Part shown: piece by piece, positions 29,601 through 38,269 of the stretch
Layout: each line of letters opens with the position of its first letter
How positions within the stretch are numbered: position 1 is the first letter of the stretch
Virus record (IMG/VR): IMGVR_UViG_3300026279_000387
Location: 1-49,491 of that record
DNA from: a virus
Lineage: Duplodnaviria > Caudoviricetes
DNA length: 49,491 nt
Reading direction: 5' to 3' (one strand)
The notes under the pieces: model-generated
What the model saw: the letters and a program-made list of their open reading frames with translations, nothing else
The model's database searches: none
Told to the model about the DNA's origin: nothing
Position numbers and translations under genes: made by a program

Positions 29601-30565
29601 GTAACTGTACAAGCACCGACACCATCAACTACAACCTTGAATCTCATTTCTGTACCGCTACCACTTGAAGTACCAGTTACATCATTGTATGTTCCTTCTG
29701 TTCTAGTTGCATCAGCGGCACTAATTGTATCAATAGTTGCTATTGCTCCTACTCTCGTTAAGTCTGCGGCAAGATTAGTTGTCGATGTATGATGTATATT
29801 ACAAAGCCATAAGCCTCCACCATACTTAACAACATCATTAGCTTTATATCTTGTTGTTCCTGCATGAACTGATTTATATTCTATACCTTTATGTAAGTAA
29901 TCCCATTTAGTTTGATCTGCTTCTAGGCCTTCTACTAACGTTCCGGAAATATGTCCTTCATTACAAATATAAAGTTGTCCACCATATTTTACTTCGTCGT
30001 GTTTTTTATATCTTGTAGTAATTGACCAGTCAGCTTTCCAATCTTGTCCTTGTGCAAAAGTATCCCATTTAGAAGCATCAGCTTCTAATCCATCAGTATC
30101 ACTATTAAATGTTCCTGATGATGTGTGTGGAGCTGTACATAGATAAAGTGTTCCACCATACTTAACAATATCATTAATCTTGTAAACAGTATTAGTAGTC
30201 CATAAATTTTTCCAGTCAAACCCCTCTGAAAAAAGGTCCCATTTTGCTTGATCAGTTTCTAATTTTCCTGCAACTTCGGCTGTATGAGCTGTGTTACAAA
30301 TATATAAATATCCACCGTATTTTACGATATCATTTGATTTATAAACAGTTCCGGGAGTCCAATCATTTTGCCACTCAGTACCATCTGAAAATTTCTGCCA
30401 TTTAGTTGCTTCGTCTGTATAAAATACGCTTGAAGCTGTGTGGCCAGTTATACAAATATATGTACGTCCGCCACTGCGAACTATATCATCTTTGTAATAA
30501 ACGGTAGAGGCAACCCATGCCCCTTTCCATACAAATCTTATTCTTCCTAGTTTAAATTCAGCCAT
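23621..30565 (-). CDS. Giant (2314 aa) virion protein with CBM5/12-like repeats
   Basis: N-terminal tandem W....Y..(G/N)D.V.YGG..Y.C...H repeats; YYVGPAGND...PWKS beta-helix-type start; three KC(E/K)(R/T)D helical repeats; C-terminus shared with the 1760-aa gene (YSQVRLTGHDFLDVGTG, STDQDGNFRVG). Confidence 0.85.
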   Translation of the reverse strand: MAEFKLGRIRFVWKGAWVASTVYYKDDIVRSGGRTYICITGHTASSVFYTDEATKWQKFSDGTEWQNDWTPGTVYKSNDIVKYGGYLYICNTAHTAEVAGKLETDQAKWDLFSEGFDWKNLWTTNTVYKINDIVKYGGTLYLCTAPHTSSGTFNSDTDGLEADASKWDTFAQGQDWKADWSITTRYKKHDEVKYGGQLYICNEGHISGTLVEGLEADQTKWDYLHKGIEYKSVHAGTTRYKANDVVKYGGGLWLCNIHHTSTTNLAADLTRVGAIATIDTISAADATRTEGTYNDVTGTSSGSGTEMRFKVVVDGVGACTVTLVHGGFGHVATDVISIPATQIGGSGAVLTFNVATITTVTLWTEFVPGLEFEDSWSNATSYQPGDFVTYGGYSYIATINNSNVVPFGNPGTWDLFTTGFSMQGDYDNATAYKTGDVVRVGGYTYLCKANSTGNRPPNATYWERLNSGIKWKDAWANGAYYDQGDSVRGAAGTNSYICVLEHTADEVTTQNRPDQDATGTYWKLLSGGVESGNLTTAGDIVYYGGSGPVRLPVGTAGQVLKVNAAGDAPEWAYFGAVDHVYYVGPAGNDGIAPIDGTTLDKPWKSTRYALNEIRKGPRNPDGAILLKRNKAFISEEAGIQYVAWKIANNSAPFSTGYSHDAAKCERDIGIIIDAMLYDIGHGGNVRTREAAKSFFTTAGASYISGQTTQTVDVINYAVSIIDTTIRNLAPAINYQTTNGVAGGSQVIQKIDATKNVEAGVYTTIQALAKIITDVITAGNTDALSTEVKPYDTLFVKTGIYKEVLPMIVPEHCAVVGDELRSTEINALKSGDATQSTAHVTQSLNGLTHVKGLIDNICTNSAFTKTPAGAHLTMGTLGAADASRTAGTYNGVTGTSSGAGTVGTFNIVVDGSGACTVTVATGGSGHSVGHTITIADANLGSGGAAAFTMNVATIDAGNTQTQDVALPAGSAAAGTQAQALIQDIHDTINVKVFGVGTLPKVTGKSGRDSTQGYVDARLRILENKDFIADEVVAWLKTNHTSTYDFTKDAKCKTDVKHYLDSVIYDLENYGNYKSTLYGRWIANATTGCEKEDMFYVQNGTGVRNMTVKGLTGTFYRASVTTSAPHNRDVNELVELRDILVSCPSGNKTYPIVSNTTSFTVLGSGLTGTAFEINIGTSSTAHTYVSGGTVKKADNSRLAITGFVYNEGTGIATVTTATHSLSASDTVNLYGITLTCSYGTKIYPQMPYSGVYPVTRKPSNSEINFFLPTSNTVHTYVSGGTVKKAVVTNVGSATDVSAFSYINTSGYTTVTSSTHGLAVGDYVKLQSILVNCTSSGGVSEKVFPDATQDSGIFYVYDVPDANTFVVGMDKSTLVHNYVSGGTVQKITYAVSESKSISDFEYVSTGITNTYGTKRPTAGAFISLDPGWGTNDKSTWITLKSPYIQNVTTIGTKCVGAKVDGELHAGGNDSIVANDFTQIIDDGIAIWVTNLGRAELVSVFTYYGHIGYLTEAGGKIRATNGNNSYGDFGSVSERVDLTENAIEAYVDNRSYAASVGGIIVDNNKIIALEYTNAGRDYTPGTTTYSFSGDGYGLAGITPVTVTGGVMQVRLTGNSSTFGGKDYITSGNSIQAGTDTQITLSNTDTALSNAYIGMAIVITSGKGAGQIAYIDTYNAGTKIATVKKPSDDTAGWDHMISGTAIETLLDNTTTYQVEPRVTFSAPSGDGSTSSVQAQARAKVVDGKITEVRIFNPGSSYTATPTVTFTDPNNTADALYEVFIGDGVLTQPTFTDAGTGFTTVTATVADAGTDKTIAGVSYTANPYAVVLLEANKEYVKDEVNAWITQQIASGSPSMWGGFVHDAIKCERDVGYLVDAFVHDLKYGSNSETIRSARTYWIGERFVGGERAQIVEAYEQMRDIIVTYILTNTAHSSLQSVTSQTTNANNGEAASVTKTGELISIITQVVQHGLSVLPTNGSNGIVDITVTGHNMNARDKVAITEIVGTNQLNANSYYVDVVDVDTLRLFVDKDLLWPAVGTTFSAYISGGTANTGAGYRDQKQDGKYVQVEGMLSIPQAGSNVQFTTNTNTWYKLVSVTNLNGSGPYSALLQLSPNIEIPNSPGHGEKLEIRIRYSQVRLTGHDFLDVGTGNFTSTNYPGIPATPSDQTDETVESGGGRVFMTSTDQDGNFRVGDLFTVEQATGIATLNADAFSISGLQELQLGSVALGSTGAVINEFSTDGTFTANSDSIVPTQRAIKTYITSQIGGGASELNVNSVTAGVINIQGNTITTTTGALINTTAVMHFSGGVSGAPVAMQQFLLS

Positions 30566-30592
30566 TTTTTCTTCCTAAATGCATATTGTTAG

Positions 30593-30600
30593 TATTTATC
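30593..30600 (-). promoter_or_regulatory. Putative late promoter GATAAATA
   Basis: Intergenic exact copy upstream of the 2314-aa gene. Confidence 0.7.
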
Positions 30601-30623
30601 ATAAGTGTCATATCCTATACTCC

Positions 30624-33600
30624 CTATCCATGTGGATTTTGATGATCAACATTATCATAGTGTCCTTCTGGATCTTCATATAATTCTTGATTCATTTGCA
30701 TGCCTGCAGATATACCATTGTTAAAGTATGCCGAAGCTAAAATTGAACCACTCACTCCGCCCTTCATGTTTACTAAGACCGGCACGTCAATTACTAATCC
30801 ACCAGTATTTGATATTTGATTTAAGTTGCTTAGTTTAACAGTTCCTGCCAAAACAGCATTAGCAGATACATTTGATCCACCACCGCTAATTCTACTTGTT
30901 ATATAAGATGCTATAGCTCGCTGTGTTGGTACAATGTTATTTGAGTTTGCAACAAATGTACTTTCTTTAGAAAATTCTCTAATAACTGCTTGAGTGCCGC
31001 CAACAATGATTGCTCCTAATCTTAACTCATTTAAACCTTTTAAGTCAAACTGTGAAGCATTAATTGTTACAACACCAGTACTTTGTTCAACTTTAAATAA
31101 CTCACCAACTCTAAAGTTACCATCTTGGTCAGTTGACGTATAAAATACTCGCCCGCCTGCATATTCAATAGTTTCGTTTGGTTGTTCTGGAGGATAAACT
31201 GATGAATATCCTTCAGTATATAATTTTGGATAATCAGTAGTTAATTTACCACCAGTACCAACATCTAAGAAATCGTGTCCTGTTAACCTAACTTGACTAT
31301 AATATTGTCTAATAACTATATCTTCTTCATGTACTGGAGATTCAGCATTACCCATAGTTGGTGCAAGTGAAATCTTTGCAGTAATATTAGGTACTGCTCC
31401 ACTTAATGTTTCAACAGATCCAACTTTGTAAATTAAATCATTAATACTTGTAAACGTTAAGTTATCACCAGGTCCTGGTAATAGTGATAAGTCTTTAACA
31501 ATAAAATGTAGACCTGTTTGGAATTGATCTGCAAATCCGTCGCCAGTAATTTCAACCTGGTTAAATTTTGTATAACCACCTCCTCTATTTTTAAAGATAG
31601 GTTGTCCTAGCACACCGTTATTAACTCTTACACTAATAGTTGGTTCTAATGTTTTTTGTGTATCATAAAAATAAACAATTGGTGGTATAGCAGAGTCGTA
31701 TCCACTTCCGGGTTCAGTTGTTAACACTTGTGAAATTCTACCAGTATCGGTAGTTACTCGCATTTTTGCAGTAGCACCATATCGTAGTAGTGTTATAGTA
31801 GGTTGTGAATTAGTATCTAGTATCCACCATTTTGGACCAACGTCTGTTCTAAATGTTACTATTGGTTTTAATGCCGTTCCTGGAGTAATATTAGCTTGTG
31901 ACATCCATACATGCCCACCATCACTTGTTCTAATTTTACCAGTATTACTATTAGCTACAAACACTCCATCATTATAAGCAACAGACCAATCGTCTGTATC
32001 AAGAATATTACTGTTATCTGATTCATACCATACTGAGCTAGTTGCACCAGTTGAAAAGTCTGTGAAGCTAAAGAAGAACGTTGATGATAATCCAAACGTT
32101 GCACTTGTAGTCGATGTTGCATCACTAATCATTGTAGTTGAAGGATCTACGTTTGCACCTATTGAGAATGTTCCGTTTGGTTTACATGTTGCTACAAATC
32201 TATTGTTACCCCAAGTAAATCCTGTTACATCATAAGTTGATGGACAAACATTATTTCCTGCAACCCAAGTAGTACCGTCATCAATACTTTGCATACAAGA
32301 CCCATCGGCTCTAACTATCATCCATTTACCATTACCATAAGCAATCCATTTCAAGCCTACAGCACCACCAGTAGCTATACCGGTCCATGTTGTTCCGTCT
32401 GCTGTAGTTCTTTGAACTGTTGCAGAATCATCTGCAATCGCAATTACTGTATGACTTGTAGTAGTGTGTGGTCCTTCTACTACAGCAACATAATTTGCTG
32501 ATGTTATAGTATATGGTGTAGTTCCCCAGGCTGTTCCTGTTGTAGATAAGTTAACATATCCGCCATTACCTAAGGCAATGTAATATTTTAATTTACCTTT
32601 ACATTTTATTACACAATTTGGATCAACCCAATTAGCATCTTTTGACCCTGCTGTCCATACTGCTCCGGTTAAGTTAGAATGTAGTATTTTTTCACTAGAG
32701 TCAGTAAATGCAATTAATGTTTCTCCGTGGCCTGTAGCTGTACGCCAAGTACTTGTAACACCAGTATTCATAACTGATGTAGTATATGTTGGAGTAGTGA
32801 CTGTAACTCTAGGTTCAATTCTATAAGTTGTAGTACCATCAAGTACAGTAGCAATTGTCCATCCTGGAACTATATGATCCCAGCCACGTTTTCCATCACT
32901 TTCTCTTAATACGTTAATAAGTTTTGTTGCTGGAAAATATTCATCAACAATACCATACTGACCTCTACCTTTACCTTGTTCTATATAAATTCTTTGCCCT
33001 TCACTAACACTAGCAACTTTAAATGTTAATACTGGTCCACCTTGATTACCTAAGTTAACATCTGAAACTGTAATAGTATCACCAACTCTATGACTATGAC
33101 TTCCTGCTAACGGTATAATTGATGTTGCCGCACCTGTTCCGTCGATAGTAATTGAAAATGCCTGTTGCGGAACATGTCCTCTACCATTTGTAGTTGCTGG
33201 AACAATAGGATACGTTCCAGCGGGCCTTTGTGCCGCGGCAACACTAATATTATCAAATGTTAAGTATGCTCTGCCGGCATAATAACTTGCATCATTAATA
33301 TCAGATTGTGCAATAGTAATGTTAGTAGTTGTTCCTGATTGTGCAGAGTTTCTTATACCAGTAAGGAATCCTCTACCGCCAGGTAGTGTTGAGTCACCTG
33401 AATCTTTTAATCTAATTTCACTAATTCCGCCGTTTCTTGTTTCTGTAAATGTATTATCAGTAGATACGTTAGTACCTGATCCGCTTACAGTAAATTGTGC
33501 ATTAACATAGCCTTGCCCTGAATGTGTATAAGCTATAGCAAAAATATTATCAGCATTATTATAAACCTCTGGAGCACTTGCACCATAATATTGATTATGT

Positions 33601-35906
33601 ACTTTTGCAGTTATAGGAGTTTCAGTTGCTAAAGTACCAATTGCCGCTGAACCAAATGTTCCGTAAGAGTTATTTCCGTTAGTTCCTCTTATTTTTCCAC
33701 CGTCTGTACATAAGTATCCTATGTGACAAAAATATGTAAACACTGAAACAAGTTCAGCTCTTGCGTCGCCACTTAACCATACACTAATTCCGTCATCTAA
33801 AAAGTTAGTAACATCATTAGCAACCATTGATTTAAGTCCGCCATTATGTAAGTTACCGTTAAGTCTTAATCCTGTAACACCAGTACCAAACGAACTAATA
33901 TTTTGACAATATGGAGATTTTGTTGTAATCCATACGCTTTGATCATCTGGGCCTGATCCTGGATCAAAAGATGCATAAGCACCACCTTGTGGACGTTTAG
34001 TTCCATAAACATCAGCCGGACCTAAGTTTCCTGACAGGCCCATAAACGTCATGTTTTTAATACCAGTACCGTTTCTTAAAAGCCACATATTTAAACCTTC
34101 TGATCCTGGGGCAGGTTTAATTGTTACTGAACGTCTTTCATCCCCCCAAACAGTAATTCCTGCTGGAATAATAATAGGAAGAATTTCTTCGTAAACTCCT
34201 GTTGAAACAAAAATTGTTCCTGGGGCTCTATTTGCCTCGTCTGCTAAAATATATTGACAAGCATATTTCATTGATTTAAATGGAGCACTAATGCTTAATC
34301 CGTTACCTGGTGCATCTTTTCCTGATGTAGATACAAAGTAAACTTTAGCAACTTCGCCTAATCCTTCCCAGGCTGGGTTAACACTAGCATTAACTTTTAA
34401 TGCACTACCTGGAGAACCAATAGCAAGTCTAGTATGATTACTACCATCATGAGTTCTTAAGTCACCTTTATATTGTAATACGTTTCCTGGAGAACCTTGA
34501 ATATGTTTTTCCCAATAACTATTAGTGCTATCTAAATCTGGTTCAACTAATGTTGAATCATCTGCTTCGTGTCGTTGTTTACAAACCCAAGCAGTACTTT
34601 TATGTACAACAATATCACCTAAAGAATAAATTGTTCCTGCGGAATCAACCCACTCGCCTGTATAATAATCACCTGTAGTAACTACTTGCCAATATGTTGG
34701 CGTACTATCTGGTGAAGTAGTAGATCCTGGATCATAATAAGAACGAAGTTCTGGATCTAGTGCATCTGGTTCTTGACCTACTGAATCTTTAACAGCAATA
34801 TACACCCATCCTCTTCGTCTAACAACGTCACCAGTTCTATACGAAAGACCAATTTCCCATTCTGATTTCATACTATAACCAGTAGTTAATAACTCCCAGT
34901 CATATGTTCCTTGTAAACTTTCTCCGTCATAAAATACACCAGTCACACTTGGTGCTGATGCTGTATTATTTGTCATTGATGTATAAGTGTAACCACCATA
35001 CTGTACAATGTCACCTGGTTGGTATGCAACAGAAGTGTCCCATAAACCTTCAAATCCTAATCCAGGCATCCATATATCAAAATTAGCTTCAATAAATGTA
35101 TTTGTAGTAGTATGTGCAGTTTTACAACGCCATAATGTTGGACCATATGTTATAATGTCGCCAACTTTATATCTAGTACCGCTTGAATCATCTGATGATT
35201 GCCAAGTACCTTTATATACAATACCACTAATTACAATTTCCCACTTAGCTTGATCATTTTCTAATCCTAATACAGTTGTTCCGGCAGATGAGTGTCCAGC
35301 TATACAACGATAAACAATTCCACCATAGCGTACAATATCATCTTTAAAATATCTTGTATTAACGCTCCAATCTTTGTTCCAAGAGTCGCCACGCCATTTA
35401 ATTTCCCATTTAGCTTGGTCAACTTCTAAACCACCTAGTGTTGTTGAAGATGTATGTTCAGTTATACATTTATAAACATAACCACTATAACGAATAACGT
35501 CATCAATTGTATATGTTGTTAAAGGTAACCATTCATTACGCCAATTTGGGGTTTTGTAATATACAATAAGTTTTGATTCATCACCAGCAATACTACTATT
35601 ACCTGAAGTATGTTCAGTTAGTACTCTATAAATTACAGCGCCATATTTTACTAAATCGTTTTTATTATATATTGTAGCGGCCTGCCATTCATTACGCCAT
35701 GTATAACCTTCAGTATGTAGTAACCATCTAGACTTTGGACTATAATTTAAATCAGTTGGAAAATCAGTTGAGTCTGAAGTGTGGCCGATCATACAAATAT
35801 AAGTATTACCACCTACGCGAACTACATCATCTTTAGTGTAAACTGTAGCACCAGTCCAGTAATTCTTCCATGTATATCGTATTCTTGCAATATTAAATTC
35901 AGCCAT
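30624..35906 (-). CDS. Giant (1760 aa) virion protein, paralog of the 2314-aa protein
   Basis: MAEF...RIR..WK start, CBM5/12-like repeats, BNR/Asp-box-like S.D.G.TW repeats and a shared C-terminal domain. Confidence 0.85.
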   Translation of the reverse strand: MAEFNIARIRYTWKNYWTGATVYTKDDVVRVGGNTYICMIGHTSDSTDFPTDLNYSPKSRWLLHTEGYTWRNEWQAATIYNKNDLVKYGAVIYRVLTEHTSGNSSIAGDESKLIVYYKTPNWRNEWLPLTTYTIDDVIRYSGYVYKCITEHTSSTTLGGLEVDQAKWEIKWRGDSWNKDWSVNTRYFKDDIVRYGGIVYRCIAGHSSAGTTVLGLENDQAKWEIVISGIVYKGTWQSSDDSSGTRYKVGDIITYGPTLWRCKTAHTTTNTFIEANFDIWMPGLGFEGLWDTSVAYQPGDIVQYGGYTYTSMTNNTASAPSVTGVFYDGESLQGTYDWELLTTGYSMKSEWEIGLSYRTGDVVRRRGWVYIAVKDSVGQEPDALDPELRSYYDPGSTTSPDSTPTYWQVVTTGDYYTGEWVDSAGTIYSLGDIVVHKSTAWVCKQRHEADDSTLVEPDLDSTNSYWEKHIQGSPGNVLQYKGDLRTHDGSNHTRLAIGSPGSALKVNASVNPAWEGLGEVAKVYFVSTSGKDAPGNGLSISAPFKSMKYACQYILADEANRAPGTIFVSTGVYEEILPIIIPAGITVWGDERRSVTIKPAPGSEGLNMWLLRNGTGIKNMTFMGLSGNLGPADVYGTKRPQGGAYASFDPGSGPDDQSVWITTKSPYCQNISSFGTGVTGLRLNGNLHNGGLKSMVANDVTNFLDDGISVWLSGDARAELVSVFTYFCHIGYLCTDGGKIRGTNGNNSYGTFGSAAIGTLATETPITAKVHNQYYGASAPEVYNNADNIFAIAYTHSGQGYVNAQFTVSGSGTNVSTDNTFTETRNGGISEIRLKDSGDSTLPGGRGFLTGIRNSAQSGTTTNITIAQSDINDASYYAGRAYLTFDNISVAAAQRPAGTYPIVPATTNGRGHVPQQAFSITIDGTGAATSIIPLAGSHSHRVGDTITVSDVNLGNQGGPVLTFKVASVSEGQRIYIEQGKGRGQYGIVDEYFPATKLINVLRESDGKRGWDHIVPGWTIATVLDGTTTYRIEPRVTVTTPTYTTSVMNTGVTSTWRTATGHGETLIAFTDSSEKILHSNLTGAVWTAGSKDANWVDPNCVIKCKGKLKYYIALGNGGYVNLSTTGTAWGTTPYTITSANYVAVVEGPHTTTSHTVIAIADDSATVQRTTADGTTWTGIATGGAVGLKWIAYGNGKWMIVRADGSCMQSIDDGTTWVAGNNVCPSTYDVTGFTWGNNRFVATCKPNGTFSIGANVDPSTTMISDATSTTSATFGLSSTFFFSFTDFSTGATSSVWYESDNSNILDTDDWSVAYNDGVFVANSNTGKIRTSDGGHVWMSQANITPGTALKPIVTFRTDVGPKWWILDTNSQPTITLLRYGATAKMRVTTDTGRISQVLTTEPGSGYDSAIPPIVYFYDTQKTLEPTISVRVNNGVLGQPIFKNRGGGYTKFNQVEITGDGFADQFQTGLHFIVKDLSLLPGPGDNLTFTSINDLIYKVGSVETLSGAVPNITAKISLAPTMGNAESPVHEEDIVIRQYYSQVRLTGHDFLDVGTGGKLTTDYPKLYTEGYSSVYPPEQPNETIEYAGGRVFYTSTDQDGNFRVGELFKVEQSTGVVTINASQFDLKGLNELRLGAIIVGGTQAVIREFSKESTFVANSNNIVPTQRAIASYITSRISGGGSNVSANAVLAGTVKLSNLNQISNTGGLVIDVPVLVNMKGGVSGSILASAYFNNGISAGMQMNQELYEDPEGHYDNVDHQNPHG

Positions 35907-35907
35907 C

Positions 35908-36300
35908 TTAGTATCCTGTTATAAAATCCTTATCTGTAAATTCTGATGAGTTACCTGTTGCATAAGTGTAAGGTGTATTAATTCTTAAAACAAATTCACC
36001 TTCATCATTTATAAAATAATAAATATTTTTATCATCCCAACGCATTTGTTCAAAGTTTAAGTTTTCATAAACTAAATTATGATTAGGATTTCTGCCTTCA
36101 AAAAAGTCTGCTCCGTCTTGGAAATCTGGATAGTTATCGCTAGTTCCGCCTGGCTTGTTAATCTGTATATTGTCTGTTGGTGAAGCTACATCAACTTTAG
36201 CTATAAATATTTGCCCGTCATCATCTCTACGTAACGCATAAAAATAACGTTCGCCAGTTTGTCTTGCTAAAGGTGAATCACCTACATAATTAAAACTCAT
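35908..36300 (-). CDS. Hypothetical phage protein
   Basis: ORF tightly packed in the operon (TAATG coupling with the upstream gene). Confidence 0.7.
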   Translation of the reverse strand: MSFNYVGDSPLARQTGERYFYALRRDDDGQIFIAKVDVASPTDNIQINKPGGTSDNYPDFQDGADFFEGRNPNHNLVYENLNFEQMRWDDKNIYYFINDEGEFVLRINTPYTYATGNSSEFTDKDFITGY

Positions 36301-36629
36301 TATACAATCTCCACAAAACTAAAGATAACATCAACTGCATCATCTTGATCTGCCTGTACAGCTAAAACATTCTGTGTGGGCATTATTAACTTTTCACCAC
36401 CATTAATTGCTCGCAAACTTGCATTCGGGGCAATCATAACATCTTTAACGTAATATCCTGTAATACTAGTATCGTCTTTAATTGTAATACTAACTCTTGT
36501 GTTTCCGTCTAATAAGTTAGCAATACTTAAACCAATGCCAGTAGCTTTTGCGCCTGCTGGTGTAGTGTAAATATCTACAGGTACTGTTCCTACGTTTTTT
36601 ACTATTCTATTTTTAAAAAAAGTTGCCAT
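36300..36629 (-). CDS. Small (~109 aa) beta-rich virion protein
   Basis: IYTTPAG...IAN...GEKLI; member of the small paralog family. Confidence 0.7.
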   Translation of the reverse strand: MATFFKNRIVKNVGTVPVDIYTTPAGAKATGIGLSIANLLDGNTRVSITIKDDTSITGYYVKDVMIAPNASLRAINGGEKLIMPTQNVLAVQADQDDAVDVIFSFVEIV

Positions 36630-36634
36630 CTATT

Positions 36635-38113
36635 TTATCCTAAACTCAATACAATTTCTAATGCTATATTTTCAGCGTCTGTTGTTGATACTGATCCAGA
36701 TGTTCCTGCAACTGAATCCCAACTTGTTCCATCATGTATCTCTAACCTACCATCTGTAGTGTTCCATCTAGTCATTCCTAATGGAGGACTTGGATGTCTT
36801 TCAGCGGAAGTTCCTACTGGAAGTACAACGCCTTGAGTACCTACAATTTCTACATAACCAGTGCCTGTATTAGTGAATCTAGTTGCCGCACCGCTTACTG
36901 TGTTATTTATTTCACTTCCGCTTATCTTAATATTGTCAATATTAACACCACCTGTACCATTAGGTATTAGGTTTAAATCAGTATTTAAAGTAGTTGTACT
37001 AATAGTATTACCATCAATTTGAATATCATCTACGTTAAGTTTTGATACATTAAATTCTGTTTGTGTAATACTTGCAATTTCAGAGCCTGCTGAATAAAAT
37101 CTAATAATATTATCGTTTGCACCCGGTGTTAATTCTGCTGTAATATACGTATCAGCATCTAAATCATAAACTCCTGTTAAAACAATCCAGTTGCCATCAT
37201 ACCCTTCAAATTTACTTGTAGTTGTATTATAACGTATCATTCCTACTGCTGGTACACTTGGACGTTGTGCAGTTGTTCCTGAAGGAATTCTAACACTTCC
37301 TGTACTATTAATATCAACAACACCGCTTCCGGGTGTTAATGTAATATTACTAGTTGCTGTTTGTAGAACGTTACTTTTTATAATAAAATCGTCAATAAGG
37401 ATAGAACCTGAACCGTTAGTGCGTAATTCTAAATTTGCGTTTGAAACTGTATTTTCAATTACTCCAGCATCAATATGAATATCATCAATATATGCACTTG
37501 TAGTATGTAAGTTATTCCAACGCTTTCCAGCAGTTCCTAAATTATAAGTTGCGGTTGTTGCCGGCTTAATATCACTAGTAATTCCAGCTACAATGTTGAT
37601 CGTATCAGTAGCTTCATCACCTAGTTGTACATTTCCGCCTACAGTAATATCGCCATCTGCTGTAACATTACCTGTAACGTCTAAATTACCAGTAATATTA
37701 GTATTTGCTTGGATATCAACTATACCTGTACCATTTGGTATAAAGTCAAGGTTGGAATTTGATACTGTAGTTGAAATTACATTAGTATCGAATCTTAAAT
37801 CGTCTAGTTCAAATGTTTTTAATGAAACAACTTTGTCTGTGCCGACAGTTGTAAGGTTTAATACAGTAGAAACTGTATCAATAGTGTTACCAGAAATTCT
37901 AACATCACCAATAAATGCTGTTCCTGTTGTAACTAAATCAGTTGATCTTGTAGTTCCGTTGATGTCTAATTCGTATTGAGGAGATGCAGTTTTTATACCG
38001 ACTCTGCTGTTATTAACATCCAAATAAAGTAAATCCGTCTCAAAGGCTAAATCCACACCATTCCTGATGAGATTACTCTTTAAAAGCGGACCCGAAATAC
38101 GACCTACAGCCAC
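36635..38113 (-). CDS. Virion structural / fibre-like protein
   Basis: GTG start with an AGGAGAG RBS; repeated I.T..N.NL...PNG.G units and two P.GT.A.RP...G..R.NT motifs. Confidence 0.75.
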   Translation of the reverse strand: MAVGRISGPLLKSNLIRNGVDLAFETDLLYLDVNNSRVGIKTASPQYELDINGTTRSTDLVTTGTAFIGDVRISGNTIDTVSTVLNLTTVGTDKVVSLKTFELDDLRFDTNVISTTVSNSNLDFIPNGTGIVDIQANTNITGNLDVTGNVTADGDITVGGNVQLGDEATDTINIVAGITSDIKPATTATYNLGTAGKRWNNLHTTSAYIDDIHIDAGVIENTVSNANLELRTNGSGSILIDDFIIKSNVLQTATSNITLTPGSGVVDINSTGSVRIPSGTTAQRPSVPAVGMIRYNTTTSKFEGYDGNWIVLTGVYDLDADTYITAELTPGANDNIIRFYSAGSEIASITQTEFNVSKLNVDDIQIDGNTISTTTLNTDLNLIPNGTGGVNIDNIKISGSEINNTVSGAATRFTNTGTGYVEIVGTQGVVLPVGTSAERHPSPPLGMTRWNTTDGRLEIHDGTSWDSVAGTSGSVSTTDAENIALEIVLSLG

Positions 38114-38248
38114 TTTGCTCTCCTAATACGGGGATCCTGTCCCTCTAGCCAAATTTTCATCTTTATAAGATCTTTGCCGGCTAACCACAGTATGTCCCAT
38201 AGTACATAAAAGGTATCTCTCCTTTTATTGGTCTTGTACTATGACAAT
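38114..38248 (-). ncRNA. Candidate structured 5' leader RNA (cis-regulatory)
   Basis: Stems CAUAGUACA/UGUACUAUG, AUAAAAGG/CCUUUUAU, UUAGCC/GGCUAG and GGGA/UCCC lie between the late promoter and the RBS. Confidence 0.55.
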
Positions 38249-38250
38249 TG

Positions 38251-38258
38251 TATTTATC
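38251..38258 (-). promoter_or_regulatory. Putative late promoter GATAAATA
   Basis: Intergenic exact copy just upstream of the structured leader. Confidence 0.7.
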
Positions 38259-38269
38259 GTTTTTGGAAA

